A stretch of DNA of 64,000 nucleotides. Origin: an uncultured Chloroflexia bacterium. Its GTDB lineage: Bacteria; Chloroflexota; Dehalococcoidia; DSTF01; JALHUB01. Below, in pieces: positions 1 to 9,463 of the stretch. The stretch lies in contig OY969814.1 in NCBI GenBank assembly GCA_963703345.1, positions 1,856,001 to 1,920,000 of the forward strand, written 5' to 3'. The translations under genes and the position numbers were made by a program. Every line of letters starts with the position of its first letter. Position 1 is the first letter of the stretch. The notes under the pieces were generated by a model. The model worked only from the letters and a program-made list of their open reading frames with translations. It was not told the origin of the DNA and searched no databases.

Positions 1-147
1 CGGTGTGGTACACTGCAAGAGGAACCACATTAGACAAGCTTCATACACACTACAGGCCGGAACTCCCGGATACCTCAACAACTTTCGCGAGGCAGTTGGC
101 CGCGGCACGCGCGGCCGGGCATCGCATATTAGCAGGGAGGCTTCGCC

Positions 148-1266
148 ATGAGGATCCTTCAACTCGCACCACTCTGGGAAACCGTGCCACCGCCGGCCTA
201 CGGGGGCACGGAGGCAGTAGTCAGCGTACTGTGCGAAGAGCTGGTCAGACGCGGCCACGACGTGAGTCTCTGGGCGTCCGGCGACTCGCGCACCAGCGCC
301 GAGCTCTATTCGATCTATCATCGCAGTCTGCGCACGGCGTCGGACATCGCTGATCCGGCTTCTTACGCGCTGATGCATGCGGCCCTCTCGCTGAAGGACG
401 CCGGCTCCTACGACATCATCCACAACCACATCGGCGAGACTGTCATGGCAATGGCGCACCTGGTCGATACCCCGATGCTGACCACCATGCACTGCCTCAT
501 TACGCCGGACACAAAGTTCATCTGGGACCACTACGACGGCTGGTACAACACGATCAGCCATTCCGAGAAGCTGACGATGCCGCCGGTGGCGAACAACAGA
601 TACGCTGGCGTCGTCCACAACGGAATCGAGGTGGAGACCTTCCCCTATAGCGAGAAGAAGGACGATTATCTCCTCTTCCTCAGCCGCGTTTCAACCGATA
701 AGGCTCCCCACCTGGCTGTCGAGGTGGCGAGGCGACTGGGCATGCGGCTTATCATCGCCGGGAAGGTCGATCCGAACGAACACGATCAGGCCTACTTCAA
801 CGATGTGCTAAAGCCTCTCGTGGACGGAAAGCAGATCCAGTTCGTCGGCGAAGCGGACGGACGGATGAAGAGGGAGCTTTACGAGAAGGCTTATTGCCTG
901 GTCCTTCCTCTTCGCTGGGAGGAGCCGTTCGGGCTGGTGATGGCGGAGGCGATGGCCTGCGGCACGCCCGTCATCGCTTTCCAGCGCGGCGCCGCCGCCG
1001 AAATCATCGTCGAGGGCGAGACCGGCTACCTGGTGGACGACGTGGACGAGATGGTGGAGGCGGTGCGCAAAGTCGACCGCATCGACCCGAGGCGCTGCCG
1101 GCGTCACGTCGAAGCGAACTTCAGCCCGTCGCACATGGCCGAGGGCTATCTGCGGGTGTATCAGCAGATCATCCGGCAGGCTGCGGCGAGGCCGGCGCTG
1201 GCGGCCGTTGGCGTGTCGTCGTCGTCGCTGCCGTTGCAGGTCGAGGACGAGACGGCGGTAGCCTAG
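148..1266 (+). CDS. Glycosyltransferase family 4 (GT-B)
   Basis: N-terminal MRILQLAPLWETVPPPAYGGTE; EPFGLVMAEAMACGTPVI (EX7E) motif; GGGAGG SD upstream. Confidence 0.93.
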   Translation: MRILQLAPLWETVPPPAYGGTEAVVSVLCEELVRRGHDVSLWASGDSRTSAELYSIYHRSLRTASDIADPASYALMHAALSLKDAGSYDIIHNHIGETVMAMAHLVDTPMLTTMHCLITPDTKFIWDHYDGWYNTISHSEKLTMPPVANNRYAGVVHNGIEVETFPYSEKKDDYLLFLSRVSTDKAPHLAVEVARRLGMRLIIAGKVDPNEHDQAYFNDVLKPLVDGKQIQFVGEADGRMKRELYEKAYCLVLPLRWEEPFGLVMAEAMACGTPVIAFQRGAAAEIIVEGETGYLVDDVDEMVEAVRKVDRIDPRRCRRHVEANFSPSHMAEGYLRVYQQIIRQAAARPALAAVGVSSSSLPLQVEDETAVA

Positions 1267-1368
1267 GACGGCTAAGGGTTCTCACTGGCTCGAGGCGTTT
1301 GGCCGCGCTAGAATGAATGTGCCTGCCTGCCGATAGGCACGGCGGGAATTGCCAGCGAGGCCGTCCAC

Positions 1369-2205
1369 TTGCCGATAGAAGTCAAGCTCCTCGACCACAG
1401 CCACGACCCGATTCGCTCGCTGTACGTCGCCTATCGCACGGCGTATTCGTCGCTGAAGCCGGCCGAGATCGACGCGCGCATCGAGTCGGAGCGGATAACG
1501 CGGCCGCAGATGCTGGAGTTCGTCGAAAAGCGGCTGGAGACGGGACACTCGTCGCCGCTGGAGCAGGTGTGGTTCGAGTTCGCGCTCTCCGGCGTGACGC
1601 GCGCCTTCAGCCATCAGTTCGTGCGGCATCGCATCGGCATCAGCTTCGAGCAGCAGAGCCAACGTTATGTCGCCTTCAAGGAGGGCGAGTTCCCCTTCAC
1701 GCTGCCGGAGTCGGTGCGAAACGCGGGCCTGGCCGAGAAGATGGAGGACGCGTTCGCCGGCCTGGGACGGCTCTACCAGGAGATGCTCGACGCGGGCGTG
1801 CCGGCGGAGGACGCGCGCTTCCTCATCCCGAACGCGGCCCAGACGAACTTCAAGATTACCGTCAACTTCCAATCGCTGCTGCACATCTGCGACCTGCGAC
1901 TCTGCACGCGGGCGCAGTGGGAGTTTCGCAAGGTGGCGTCGCTGATGCGGGCGGAGGTGAAGCGCGTGGCGCCGGAGCTGGCGCGCTACCTCCAGCCGAA
2001 GTGCGGCGAACGGCGGACGGGCTATTGCGACGAGACGTACGAGGACTGGCAGAAATGCCCGGTTGGTCGCAAGCGGCCCCACAAGCGCGATCTGTTCGCG
2101 CTGTACGACTCCTATCGCAAGGGCGAGCTGGCACCGCTGGGCGACGACGAGTTTCGCGTCATCGAGGGCGAGGCGCCCGTCAGCGAGCGCGGCGAAAGCT
2201 ACTGA
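1369..2205 (+). CDS. thyX: FAD-dependent thymidylate synthase
   Basis: RHRIGISFEQQSQRY (RHRX7S ThyX motif), EDARFLIPNA, AQWEFR; TTG start. Confidence 0.95.
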   Translation: MPIEVKLLDHSHDPIRSLYVAYRTAYSSLKPAEIDARIESERITRPQMLEFVEKRLETGHSSPLEQVWFEFALSGVTRAFSHQFVRHRIGISFEQQSQRYVAFKEGEFPFTLPESVRNAGLAEKMEDAFAGLGRLYQEMLDAGVPAEDARFLIPNAAQTNFKITVNFQSLLHICDLRLCTRAQWEFRKVASLMRAEVKRVAPELARYLQPKCGERRTGYCDETYEDWQKCPVGRKRPHKRDLFALYDSYRKGELAPLGDDEFRVIEGEAPVSERGESY

Positions 2206-2207
2206 GG

Positions 2208-2237
2208 TTGACAGGTTCGCGGCCGGAACGGTAGACT
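2208..2237 (+). promoter_or_regulatory. Sigma70-type promoter of rplU-rpmA-rpmE
   Basis: TTGACA-18nt-TAGACT immediately upstream of the rplU SD. Confidence 0.75.
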
Positions 2238-2268
2238 AGATTGGTTCTGCGCTTGAGGAGGCACCCCC

Positions 2269-2655
2269 ATTTACGCGATTGTCCGTAGCGGCGGCAAGCA
2301 ATATCGAGTCGAAGTCGGCAGCAAGATCGACGTCGAGAAGCTGCGGGCGGCCGAAGGCGATACGGTGGAGCTGCCGGACGTCCTCATGCTGGCCGACAGC
2401 GGCCAGGTGACGGCGGGCAACCCGCTCGTCGCCGGCGCGAAAGTCATAGCTCAAGTCGCCGAGCAGGGTCGCGGCCCGAAAAAGGTCGTCTTCAAGTACA
2501 AGTCGAAGGTGCGCTTCCGGAAGCGGACGGGGCACCGTCAGCCTTTCACGCGGCTGGCGATCGAGCAGATCGTGGCCCCGGGCACAGAGGCCACGGCGCC
2601 GAAGCGGGCACGCCGGACGCGCGCGAAGAAGCAAGAAGGGGAGAGCGAGGGCTAG
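2269..2655 (+). CDS. rplU: 50S ribosomal protein L21 (ATT start)
   Basis: Reads (I/M)YAIVRSGGKQYRV...GHRQPFT; GAGGAGG SD 7 nt before ATT 2269; in-frame TGA at 2254 excludes an upstream start; the ORF track start (2365) misses the conserved N-terminus. Confidence 0.93.
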   Translation: MYAIVRSGGKQYRVEVGSKIDVEKLRAAEGDTVELPDVLMLADSGQVTAGNPLVAGAKVIAQVAEQGRGPKKVVFKYKSKVRFRKRTGHRQPFTRLAIEQIVAPGTEATAPKRARRTRAKKQEGESEG

Positions 2656-2673
2656 GCCCCTCGTCGAAACGCG

Positions 2674-2943
2674 ATGGCGCACAAGAAAGGCATGGGCAGC
2701 TCCCGCAACAACCGCGACAGCGGCGGTCAGCGCCTCGGCGTCAAGCGCTACGACGGCCAGTTGGTGCTGCCCGGCACGATCATCCTGCGACAGCGGGGCA
2801 CGCGCTTCCATCCGGGGGAGAACGTCGGGCTGGGACGCGACTACACAATCTACTCCCTTATTCGAGGAAAGGTTAAGTTCCAGCCGTACGCGAAGGGCCG
2901 GCGCAAGCAGGTGAGCGTGTACGGCGGCGAAGAGCAAAAATGA
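2674..2943 (+). CDS. rpmA: 50S ribosomal protein L27
   Basis: [26 protein letters not shown]. Confidence 0.97.
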   Translation: MAHKKGMGSSRNNRDSGGQRLGVKRYDGQLVLPGTIILRQRGTRFHPGENVGLGRDYTIYSLIRGKVKFQPYAKGRRKQVSVYGGEEQK

Positions 2944-3140
2944 AAAAAGGTATTCATCCAGACTACGTCGAGGCGACGGTCCACTGCGCCTGCGGCAACG
3001 AGTTCACAACCCGCTCGACGAAGAAGGAGCTGCGCGTCGAGGTGTGCAGCCGCTGTCATCCCTTCTTCACGGGTGAGCAGCGAATAGTCGACACGGCGGG
3101 CCGTGTGGAGCGCTTCAAGAGGCGCTACGGCCTCAAGTAG
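2940..3140 (+). CDS. rpmE: 50S ribosomal protein L31 (Zn-binding type)
   Basis: [29 protein letters not shown]. Confidence 0.97.
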   Translation: MKKGIHPDYVEATVHCACGNEFTTRSTKKELRVEVCSRCHPFFTGEQRIVDTAGRVERFKRRYGLK

Positions 3141-3160
3141 AGTCGAAGCGGACGGAGAGC

Positions 3161-3193
3161 AGGGGCGCGGAGTCAATCCCGCCCCTTCTTGTT
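3161..3193 (+). terminator. Probable intrinsic terminator after rpmE
   Basis: AGGGGCG...CGCCCCT stem followed by TCTTGTT. Confidence 0.5.
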
Positions 3194-4141
3194 ATGAGCG
3201 ATAGGAACGGCCAGGACGCGGCGGAGCCCGGCGACAGGGCTATCACGCACTACGGCGGCCAGGCGGTCATCGAGGGCGTCATGATGCGCGGCGCCCGCGG
3301 CATGGCGATAGCGGTGCGACAGCCCGACGGCGGCATTCGCGTCAAGTCGGAGTCGCTGGGCGGCGTCTACGTGGGCCCCCTGCGGCGCATCCCCATCCTG
3401 CGCGGCGTCATCGTCCTCTGGGAGACGCTGGCGCTGGGCATGCGGGCCCTCGTCTTCTCGTCGGAGGTGGCGGCGGGAATCGCCCCCGAAGACGAAGAGG
3501 AGCCGGGCTCAGGCTTCATCTGGCTCGTGGTCGGCGTGACGCTGGCGTTGGCGGCGGCGATCTTCTTCGTCGCGCCGTTGCTGCTTACCGGCTGGCTGAG
3601 CTCGCGCTTCAACGGCAGCCTCGTCGTGCTCGCGGAGGGCGTCGTGCGGCTGGGGATGCTCCTCGGCTACATCTGGGGCATCGGCTTCGTGCCAGACATC
3701 CGTCGCGTCTTCGCCTATCACGGCGCGGAGCACCGGACGATCAACGCCTGGGAGGCCGGCGCGCCGCTGGAGGTGGCGTCGGTGCGACGCTTCAGCAACG
3801 AGCACGCCCGCTGCGGGACGGCGTTCCTGCTGACGGTGGCGGTCGTGTCGCTGGTGGTGTTCGTGGCGCTGGGCACGCCGAGCTGGTGGTGGCGAATCGC
3901 CTCGCGCGTGCTGCTGATACCGGTCATCGCGGCCGTCAGCTACGAGATCATCCGGCTGAGCGCGGCTCTGCGGCGATTCCGAATCGTGCGCTGGCTGTCG
4001 CGTCCGAGCCTGGCGCTGCAGGCGCTGACAACGCGCGATCCGGACGACAGCCAGATCGAGGTGGCGATTCGGGCGCTGCAGGAGGTGCTGGCGTTGGACG
4101 CTTCCTCGTCCGCTCCTTTGACCGAAGAAGGCGTCTCTTAG
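3194..4141 (+). CDS. DUF1385 (YqhQ-like) membrane protein
   Basis: YGGQAVIEGVMMRG, YHGAEH, HARCGT motifs; usual position after rpmE. Confidence 0.9.
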   Translation: MSDRNGQDAAEPGDRAITHYGGQAVIEGVMMRGARGMAIAVRQPDGGIRVKSESLGGVYVGPLRRIPILRGVIVLWETLALGMRALVFSSEVAAGIAPEDEEEPGSGFIWLVVGVTLALAAAIFFVAPLLLTGWLSSRFNGSLVVLAEGVVRLGMLLGYIWGIGFVPDIRRVFAYHGAEHRTINAWEAGAPLEVASVRRFSNEHARCGTAFLLTVAVVSLVVFVALGTPSWWWRIASRVLLIPVIAAVSYEIIRLSAALRRFRIVRWLSRPSLALQALTTRDPDDSQIEVAIRALQEVLALDASSSAPLTEEGVS

Positions 4142-4185
4142 AGGAAAGGAACGTTCCGCGGCGACTGTAGGAGCAGAGCTCTCCC

Positions 4186-4521
4186 TTACAGCGTCTGGTC
4201 CTCCATCAGACGGCCGTCGAACTCACGGTGGAAGCAGGTGCGCTCGCCGGTATGACAGGCCGGCCCGAGTGGCTGGGCACGGATCAGCAGCGTATCGTCG
4301 TCGCAGTCGATCATGATGCGCCGGACGTTCAGGAAGTTGCCGGAAGTGGCGCCCTTGTGCCAGAGCTCCTGGCGGCTGCGACTGTAGAACCAGACCTGGC
4401 GCGACTCCAGCGTCCGCTCCAGCGCCTCTTTGTTCATGTAGGCAAGCACCAGCACCTCGTCCGTGTCGTCGTCCTGGACGATGACCGGAACGAGCCCCTG
4501 GCCTTTGTCGAAATCGACCAT
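4186..4521 (-). CDS. hisI: Phosphoribosyl-AMP cyclohydrolase
   Basis: [30 protein letters not shown]. Confidence 0.96.
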   Translation of the reverse strand: MVDFDKGQGLVPVIVQDDDTDEVLVLAYMNKEALERTLESRQVWFYSRSRQELWHKGATSGNFLNVRRIMIDCDDDTLLIRAQPLGPACHTGERTCFHREFDGRLMEDQTL

Positions 4522-4561
4522 GGAAGCCTCCTAGCCTCTGTCCGCCATATCGAAGGGTCTT

Positions 4562-5320
<759 letters not shown>

Positions 5321-5341
5321 TGTGACCTCCTCAGAGATGCC

Positions 5342-5350
5342 ATTGTATCA
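5342..5350 (-). promoter_or_regulatory. Extended -10 (TGnTACAAT) for hisF
   Basis: Minus strand TGATACAAT ~20 nt before the hisF GTG start. Confidence 0.5.
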
Positions 5351-5839
5351 GCTTGCGCGGGTGTTGAGCACCGGCGAAAGGAGCGCCGTGGCGAAGTGCT
5401 CCATCTCCAGTCTCTCGCCGTCGGAGTCGACCTCCAGGAAGCGGACGCTGCACCTCTCCGTTATGTAGAGACTGACGGCGGGCTCGCCCTCCAACCGTTT
5501 CAGTCGGGCGAGCTTGCGCCGGAAGATGTTCGCCTTGCCGTTGCCGCGGCGGTGGTCGACGAGGAGGCGTCGCCGCAGGTTGCGCGACTGGCCGACGTAG
5601 TAGGGCCGCTCGGAGCCGTCGTAGATTATGTAGATTCCAGGCCTTGGAGGGATGTCAGCGTCGGCGAAGGAGAGGGACGCCGAGCGCAACATATGACGAA
5701 GCGAAGCCATGAAGGCCATGACCCTCGCTTCCAGGGCAGCTTCGACTTCACGCACGGTTCGTTCCGCGATCCGAGTTGGCGCGGGACCGCCAGCAAGCCG
5801 AGAACGACCGCAGAAGGGACCAAACGTGGCCGGAGTCAT
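5348..5839 (-). CDS. GIY-YIG nuclease family protein (start uncertain, probably ~5720-5755)
   Basis: PGIYIIY..YYVGQSRNLRRRL..H..LEMEHF..PVLN. Confidence 0.75.
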   Translation of the reverse strand: MTPATFGPFCGRSRLAGGPAPTRIAERTVREVEAALEARVMAFMASLRHMLRSASLSFADADIPPRPGIYIIYDGSERPYYVGQSRNLRRRLLVDHRRGNGKANIFRRKLARLKRLEGEPAVSLYITERCSVRFLEVDSDGERLEMEHFATALLSPVLNTRAS

Positions 5840-6029
5840 CGCGAGGGGTGGGCGGAGCGCCCTGACGAGTTTCCGGCGCTAGGGTCCCATTGTCACATCT
5901 CCCGGCGGTTTTCGGCTCGACCGCGAATAGAACCTACAGGGACGTTCCACGCGTTCGTGAAAGGTCCCTCAGGAGTGGATGATAATGCAGCGAGGGCCGG
6001 GTTGCAATCCGATCCGATTCGAAGCGGGC

Positions 6030-6749
6030 TTATGATTTGGCGACAGCAGCGATAGCGTCCGGAAGGGAGAGTGCGCCGTCGTACAGGGCGCGGCCGAGGA
6101 TGGCACCTTCGACACCCGTGCGCACAAGTCGCCGCAGGTGGGCGAGCGAGGCGATTCCGCCCGACGCTATGATCTTCGCTGGGACGGACTGGACGGCTCG
6201 CGCAGTAGCGGCGACGTTGGGGCCGCGAAGCGTCCCATCGCGGGAGATATCGGTGTAGACGAATCGGCGGACGCCCATCGCGGCCAGACGCCGCATAAGC
6301 TCCTCCGCCTTCTCGCCGCTCTGCTCCCGCCAGCCGTGCAGGGCAACCCGGCCGCCACGAGCATCCACGCCGACGACGACGGCCTCGCCGAAGCGGCCCA
6401 GCGCGCCTGCCAGCATCGCCGGCGCTTCGACGGCAACGCTGCCGAGGATGACGCGCTGCAGCCCGGCCTCCAGATAGCGGGCCATCGTATTCGTGTTGCG
6501 TATGCCGCCGCCGACCTGACAGGGCACGGCGACGGCACGGGCAATTGCGATGACGACGCCGTGGTTGACCGGCCGCCCTTCGCGGGCGCCGTCGAGGTCG
6601 ACGAGGTGAAGACGCGGCGCGCCCTCCGCCTGCCAGCGCCTCGCCATGGCGACGGGGTCGTCGGAGAAGACAGTCTCGCGCGCGTAGTCGCCCTGATAGA
6701 GGCGGACGCAGCGGCCATCGCGGATGTCGATTGCCGGGATTAGTTCCGT
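6030..6749 (-). CDS. hisA: ProFAR isomerase (start probably ACG 6749)
   Basis: (T/M)ELIPAIDIRDGRCVRLYQGDY N-terminus lies upstream of the ORF track start; HLVDLDGA, TDISRDGTL, IASGG. Confidence 0.93.
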   Translation of the reverse strand, partial: TELIPAIDIRDGRCVRLYQGDYARETVFSDDPVAMARRWQAEGAPRLHLVDLDGAREGRPVNHGVVIAIARAVAVPCQVGGGIRNTNTMARYLEAGLQRVILGSVAVEAPAMLAGALGRFGEAVVVGVDARGGRVALHGWREQSGEKAEELMRRLAAMGVRRFVYTDISRDGTLRGPNVAATARAVQSVPAKIIASGGIASLAHLRRLVRTGVEGAILGRALYDGALSLPDAIAAVAKS

Positions 6750-6756
6750 CGGAGCC

Positions 6757-7335
6757 TCATTCCTTCACGCGTTTCGTGATATCTTCCCTGGCTACGAAAC
6801 CGAAGTTATGGGAGTCCGTCGCGCCGCAGCGGTTATCGCCCAGGATAAAATAGTTGTCATCGGGGATGCGTGTAGGCCCATAAGCGTAGTTAGCCGGATT
6901 CGCCACGTATGGTTCTTCGACGACCTCTCCGTCAATGTACACTGGACCATTGCGTACCTCGACGGTCTCCCCCGGCAGCCCGATTATACGACCGACATAC
7001 TCGTGTCCAGAGTCTCCCGGCGGATGGTAAAGGACGATGTCTTGACGCTGGGGTCCGGCATCCCCAAAACCCGAAACATGAATGGTTTGACCATCAGCGA
7101 TCGTAGGTTCCATTCCTGTTCCGTGTAGTTTGCGCTCTTGCGCCTTCTCATGGCGAACGTACATGCTGACGGCCGAGAAGATAACGAGGACGACTACGGA
7201 CGCAACCGTGTGCCATCGAATGCGACGGCTTCTTCTTCGCGGGGGCTGCCCTGACGGGTCCATAGGATCGGCTTCATAGGGCGATTGAGGCAGAGGGTGG
7301 CTTCCGTAGGGATCCTGCATCTGCGCCTCAGACAC
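6757..7335 (-). CDS. Signal peptidase I (S26)-like protein, catalytic Ser and Lys both replaced by Gly
   Basis: TM helix; GTGMEPTI (box B), YVGRIIGLPGETV (box D), LGDNRCGATDSH (box E). Confidence 0.82.
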   Translation of the reverse strand: MSEAQMQDPYGSHPLPQSPYEADPMDPSGQPPRRRSRRIRWHTVASVVVLVIFSAVSMYVRHEKAQERKLHGTGMEPTIADGQTIHVSGFGDAGPQRQDIVLYHPPGDSGHEYVGRIIGLPGETVEVRNGPVYIDGEVVEEPYVANPANYAYGPTRIPDDNYFILGDNRCGATDSHNFGFVAREDITKRVKE

Positions 7336-7942
7336 CGGATGCCCAGCGCAGGAAGTTGTCGTAGAAGAGGAGGCCCACGTCGCCGCTCTTCTCCGGGTGG
7401 AACTGCGTCGCGATCACGTTGTCGCGGACGAGGGCGCTGGCGAAGGTAATGCCGTAGTCGGTCTCGCCCAGCACCGTATCGCCGTCGTCGGGCTCCGGAT
7501 AGTAGCTGTGGACGAAGTAGAAGTAGGCGGCCTCGGGTATGCCCTCGAACACGGCGTGCTGCCGCCGCCGCCGGACCTGGTTCCAGCCCATGTGCGGCAC
7601 CTTGAGGCCGCCCGGCAGGCGCAGGACGCGTCCCGGCAGGATGTCGAGGCAAGGGTGCTCGCCGCCCTCCTCGCTCACCGTCAGCAGCGCCTGAAGCCCC
7701 ATGCAGATGCCCAGGTAGGGACGGCCGCTACCGACGAAGGAGCGAATCGGCTCGACGAGGTCGCGCTCGCGCAGATTGCGCATCGTGTCGGCGGCGGCGC
7801 CGACGCCCGGGACGATGACGACCTCCGCCGCCTCAACCGTCGCCGCGTCGCCGCTGATTACGGCGTCGTGGCCGCAGTGGGCGACGGCCCTCGCCACGCT
7901 ACGCAGGTTGCCGGCGCCGTAATCGACGATTACCACTCGCAT
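7328..7942 (-). CDS. hisH: Imidazole glycerol phosphate synthase glutaminase subunit
   Basis: MRVVIVDYGAGN, PGVG, LGICMG, YFVHSY, QFHPEKS. Confidence 0.96.
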   Translation of the reverse strand: MRVVIVDYGAGNLRSVARAVAHCGHDAVISGDAATVEAAEVVIVPGVGAAADTMRNLRERDLVEPIRSFVGSGRPYLGICMGLQALLTVSEEGGEHPCLDILPGRVLRLPGGLKVPHMGWNQVRRRRQHAVFEGIPEAAYFYFVHSYYPEPDDGDTVLGETDYGITFASALVRDNVIATQFHPEKSGDVGLLFYDNFLRWASGV

Positions 7943-8071
7943 GTCATCCTCCACGTCCGATTCTAGCACAGCTTCCTGTAACGGACTGCGCGGCTGGCGG
8001 GTCAGAGCTTTCGCCGCTTATAATGCGGTATCGGTTGCCACCCCGTCAGGTTTGAAAGGGCCACCGGACGA

Positions 8072-9454
8072 ATGGCCGACGAAGTCGTGCGCGATTCTCC
8101 TGCTGCGATCGCGGGTCGTGAGGACAAACCCGCGTCGAGGCGACACCTGGTGCTGCTCATCGGCATCGTCGTCCTGGCAATCGGCCTGCGTCTCGCCTGG
8201 ATCGCTTATGTCAACCCGAATCCTCTCGACGGCAGGACGGACGACACCGCGTTCTACGCCTCCGCCGGGCAAGCGCTGGCGGCCGCCAAAGGGTACGTGA
8301 ACTTCCTCGGCTTCCCGACGGCGCAGTGGCCGCCCGCCTATCCGTTCCTCCTCGCCGGCATGTTCAAGCTCTTCGGCAGCACGAACTTCGTCGTCCCGAA
8401 GATCGTCAACGCCCTCGCCGGCGGCCTCACCTGCCTGCTGATTTACCTCATCGCCGCCAGGGTATTCGAGCGGCGAATCGGCCTGCTGGCGGCGCTCCTG
8501 TTCGCGCTGTTCCCCGGCCAGATCTACTTCTCGACGCTGTTGATGACGGAATCGCTGACGCCGGCGCTCGTCGGGCTAATGCTGCTCCTGCTGCTGATGT
8601 GGGTCGTCGAGCGGAGGGACACGCGCTGGTTCCACCACGTCACGCTGGGGGTGCTGTTCGGCGTCGCCCTGCTGGCCCGCGGCGAGGCGGTCATGCTGGT
8701 ACTGGCGGCGCTGCTCATCTGGAAGCTGGCCGTGCCCGCCTGGCGGTTGTTCGCGCGGCAGGCGGGAGTGTTCGTTCTGGCGGCCGGTCTCACGGTCCTC
8801 CCCTGGACGGTCCGAAACGCTATCAGCATGCATTCTTTCGTCCCGGTGAGCACGGCGCTCGGCCACACGCTGCTTGCCGGCCACCAGCCGAACCCCTACG
8901 CCATCGGCTCGCTCTTCCCTGAGGCCAAGATCCAGCAAGAGTACTCGTATCTGCCGTATCCAGAGCGTGAGGTCAAAGTGGAGAGCGTGGCGGAGCACCA
9001 GGCGCTGAGCTTCATCGTGCACCACCCGGTAGAGGAGGCATGGTATCCGCTGCTGAAGTTCAAGCACATGTTCCAGAATGACGATGACGCCGTGAGCTGG
9101 GTGAACTCCTGGGCGCCGGCGCCGGACACGCGCCCGAAGCTGCTTTCGGCGCAGCAGGAGGACAACCTGTCGACGGTAGCGAACGTCTACTACGTGGCGG
9201 TCATGCTCGTCGCCCTCGCCGGCGTGCCCTTCTGGCTGTCGCTGAAAGACAAGCGGAAGTTCCTCCTCGTCCTGTTCGCCGTCGCCTGGGTGGCGATCCA
9301 CCTCGAGCTGTGGCCGTCCGGGCGCTACCATGTGGCGCTGGCGCCGATATTCTGCCTCTGGGCCGGCCTGACGCTGGTCACGGTGTACGAGTGGCTGGGC
9401 GAGCAGCGACGGCGCACTCTGGCGCAGGCCCGCCGGGCGCGGCAGGCGCGGTAG
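8072..9454 (+). CDS. GT-C membrane glycosyltransferase (ArnT/PMT_2-like) 1
   Basis: Multi-TM; DD in first loop; WPPAYP; LMTESL; PWTVRN; GRYH. Confidence 0.85.
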   Translation: MADEVVRDSPAAIAGREDKPASRRHLVLLIGIVVLAIGLRLAWIAYVNPNPLDGRTDDTAFYASAGQALAAAKGYVNFLGFPTAQWPPAYPFLLAGMFKLFGSTNFVVPKIVNALAGGLTCLLIYLIAARVFERRIGLLAALLFALFPGQIYFSTLLMTESLTPALVGLMLLLLLMWVVERRDTRWFHHVTLGVLFGVALLARGEAVMLVLAALLIWKLAVPAWRLFARQAGVFVLAAGLTVLPWTVRNAISMHSFVPVSTALGHTLLAGHQPNPYAIGSLFPEAKIQQEYSYLPYPEREVKVESVAEHQALSFIVHHPVEEAWYPLLKFKHMFQNDDDAVSWVNSWAPAPDTRPKLLSAQQEDNLSTVANVYYVAVMLVALAGVPFWLSLKDKRKFLLVLFAVAWVAIHLELWPSGRYHVALAPIFCLWAGLTLVTVYEWLGEQRRRTLAQARRARQAR

Positions 9455-9463
9455 GAGCGACGG

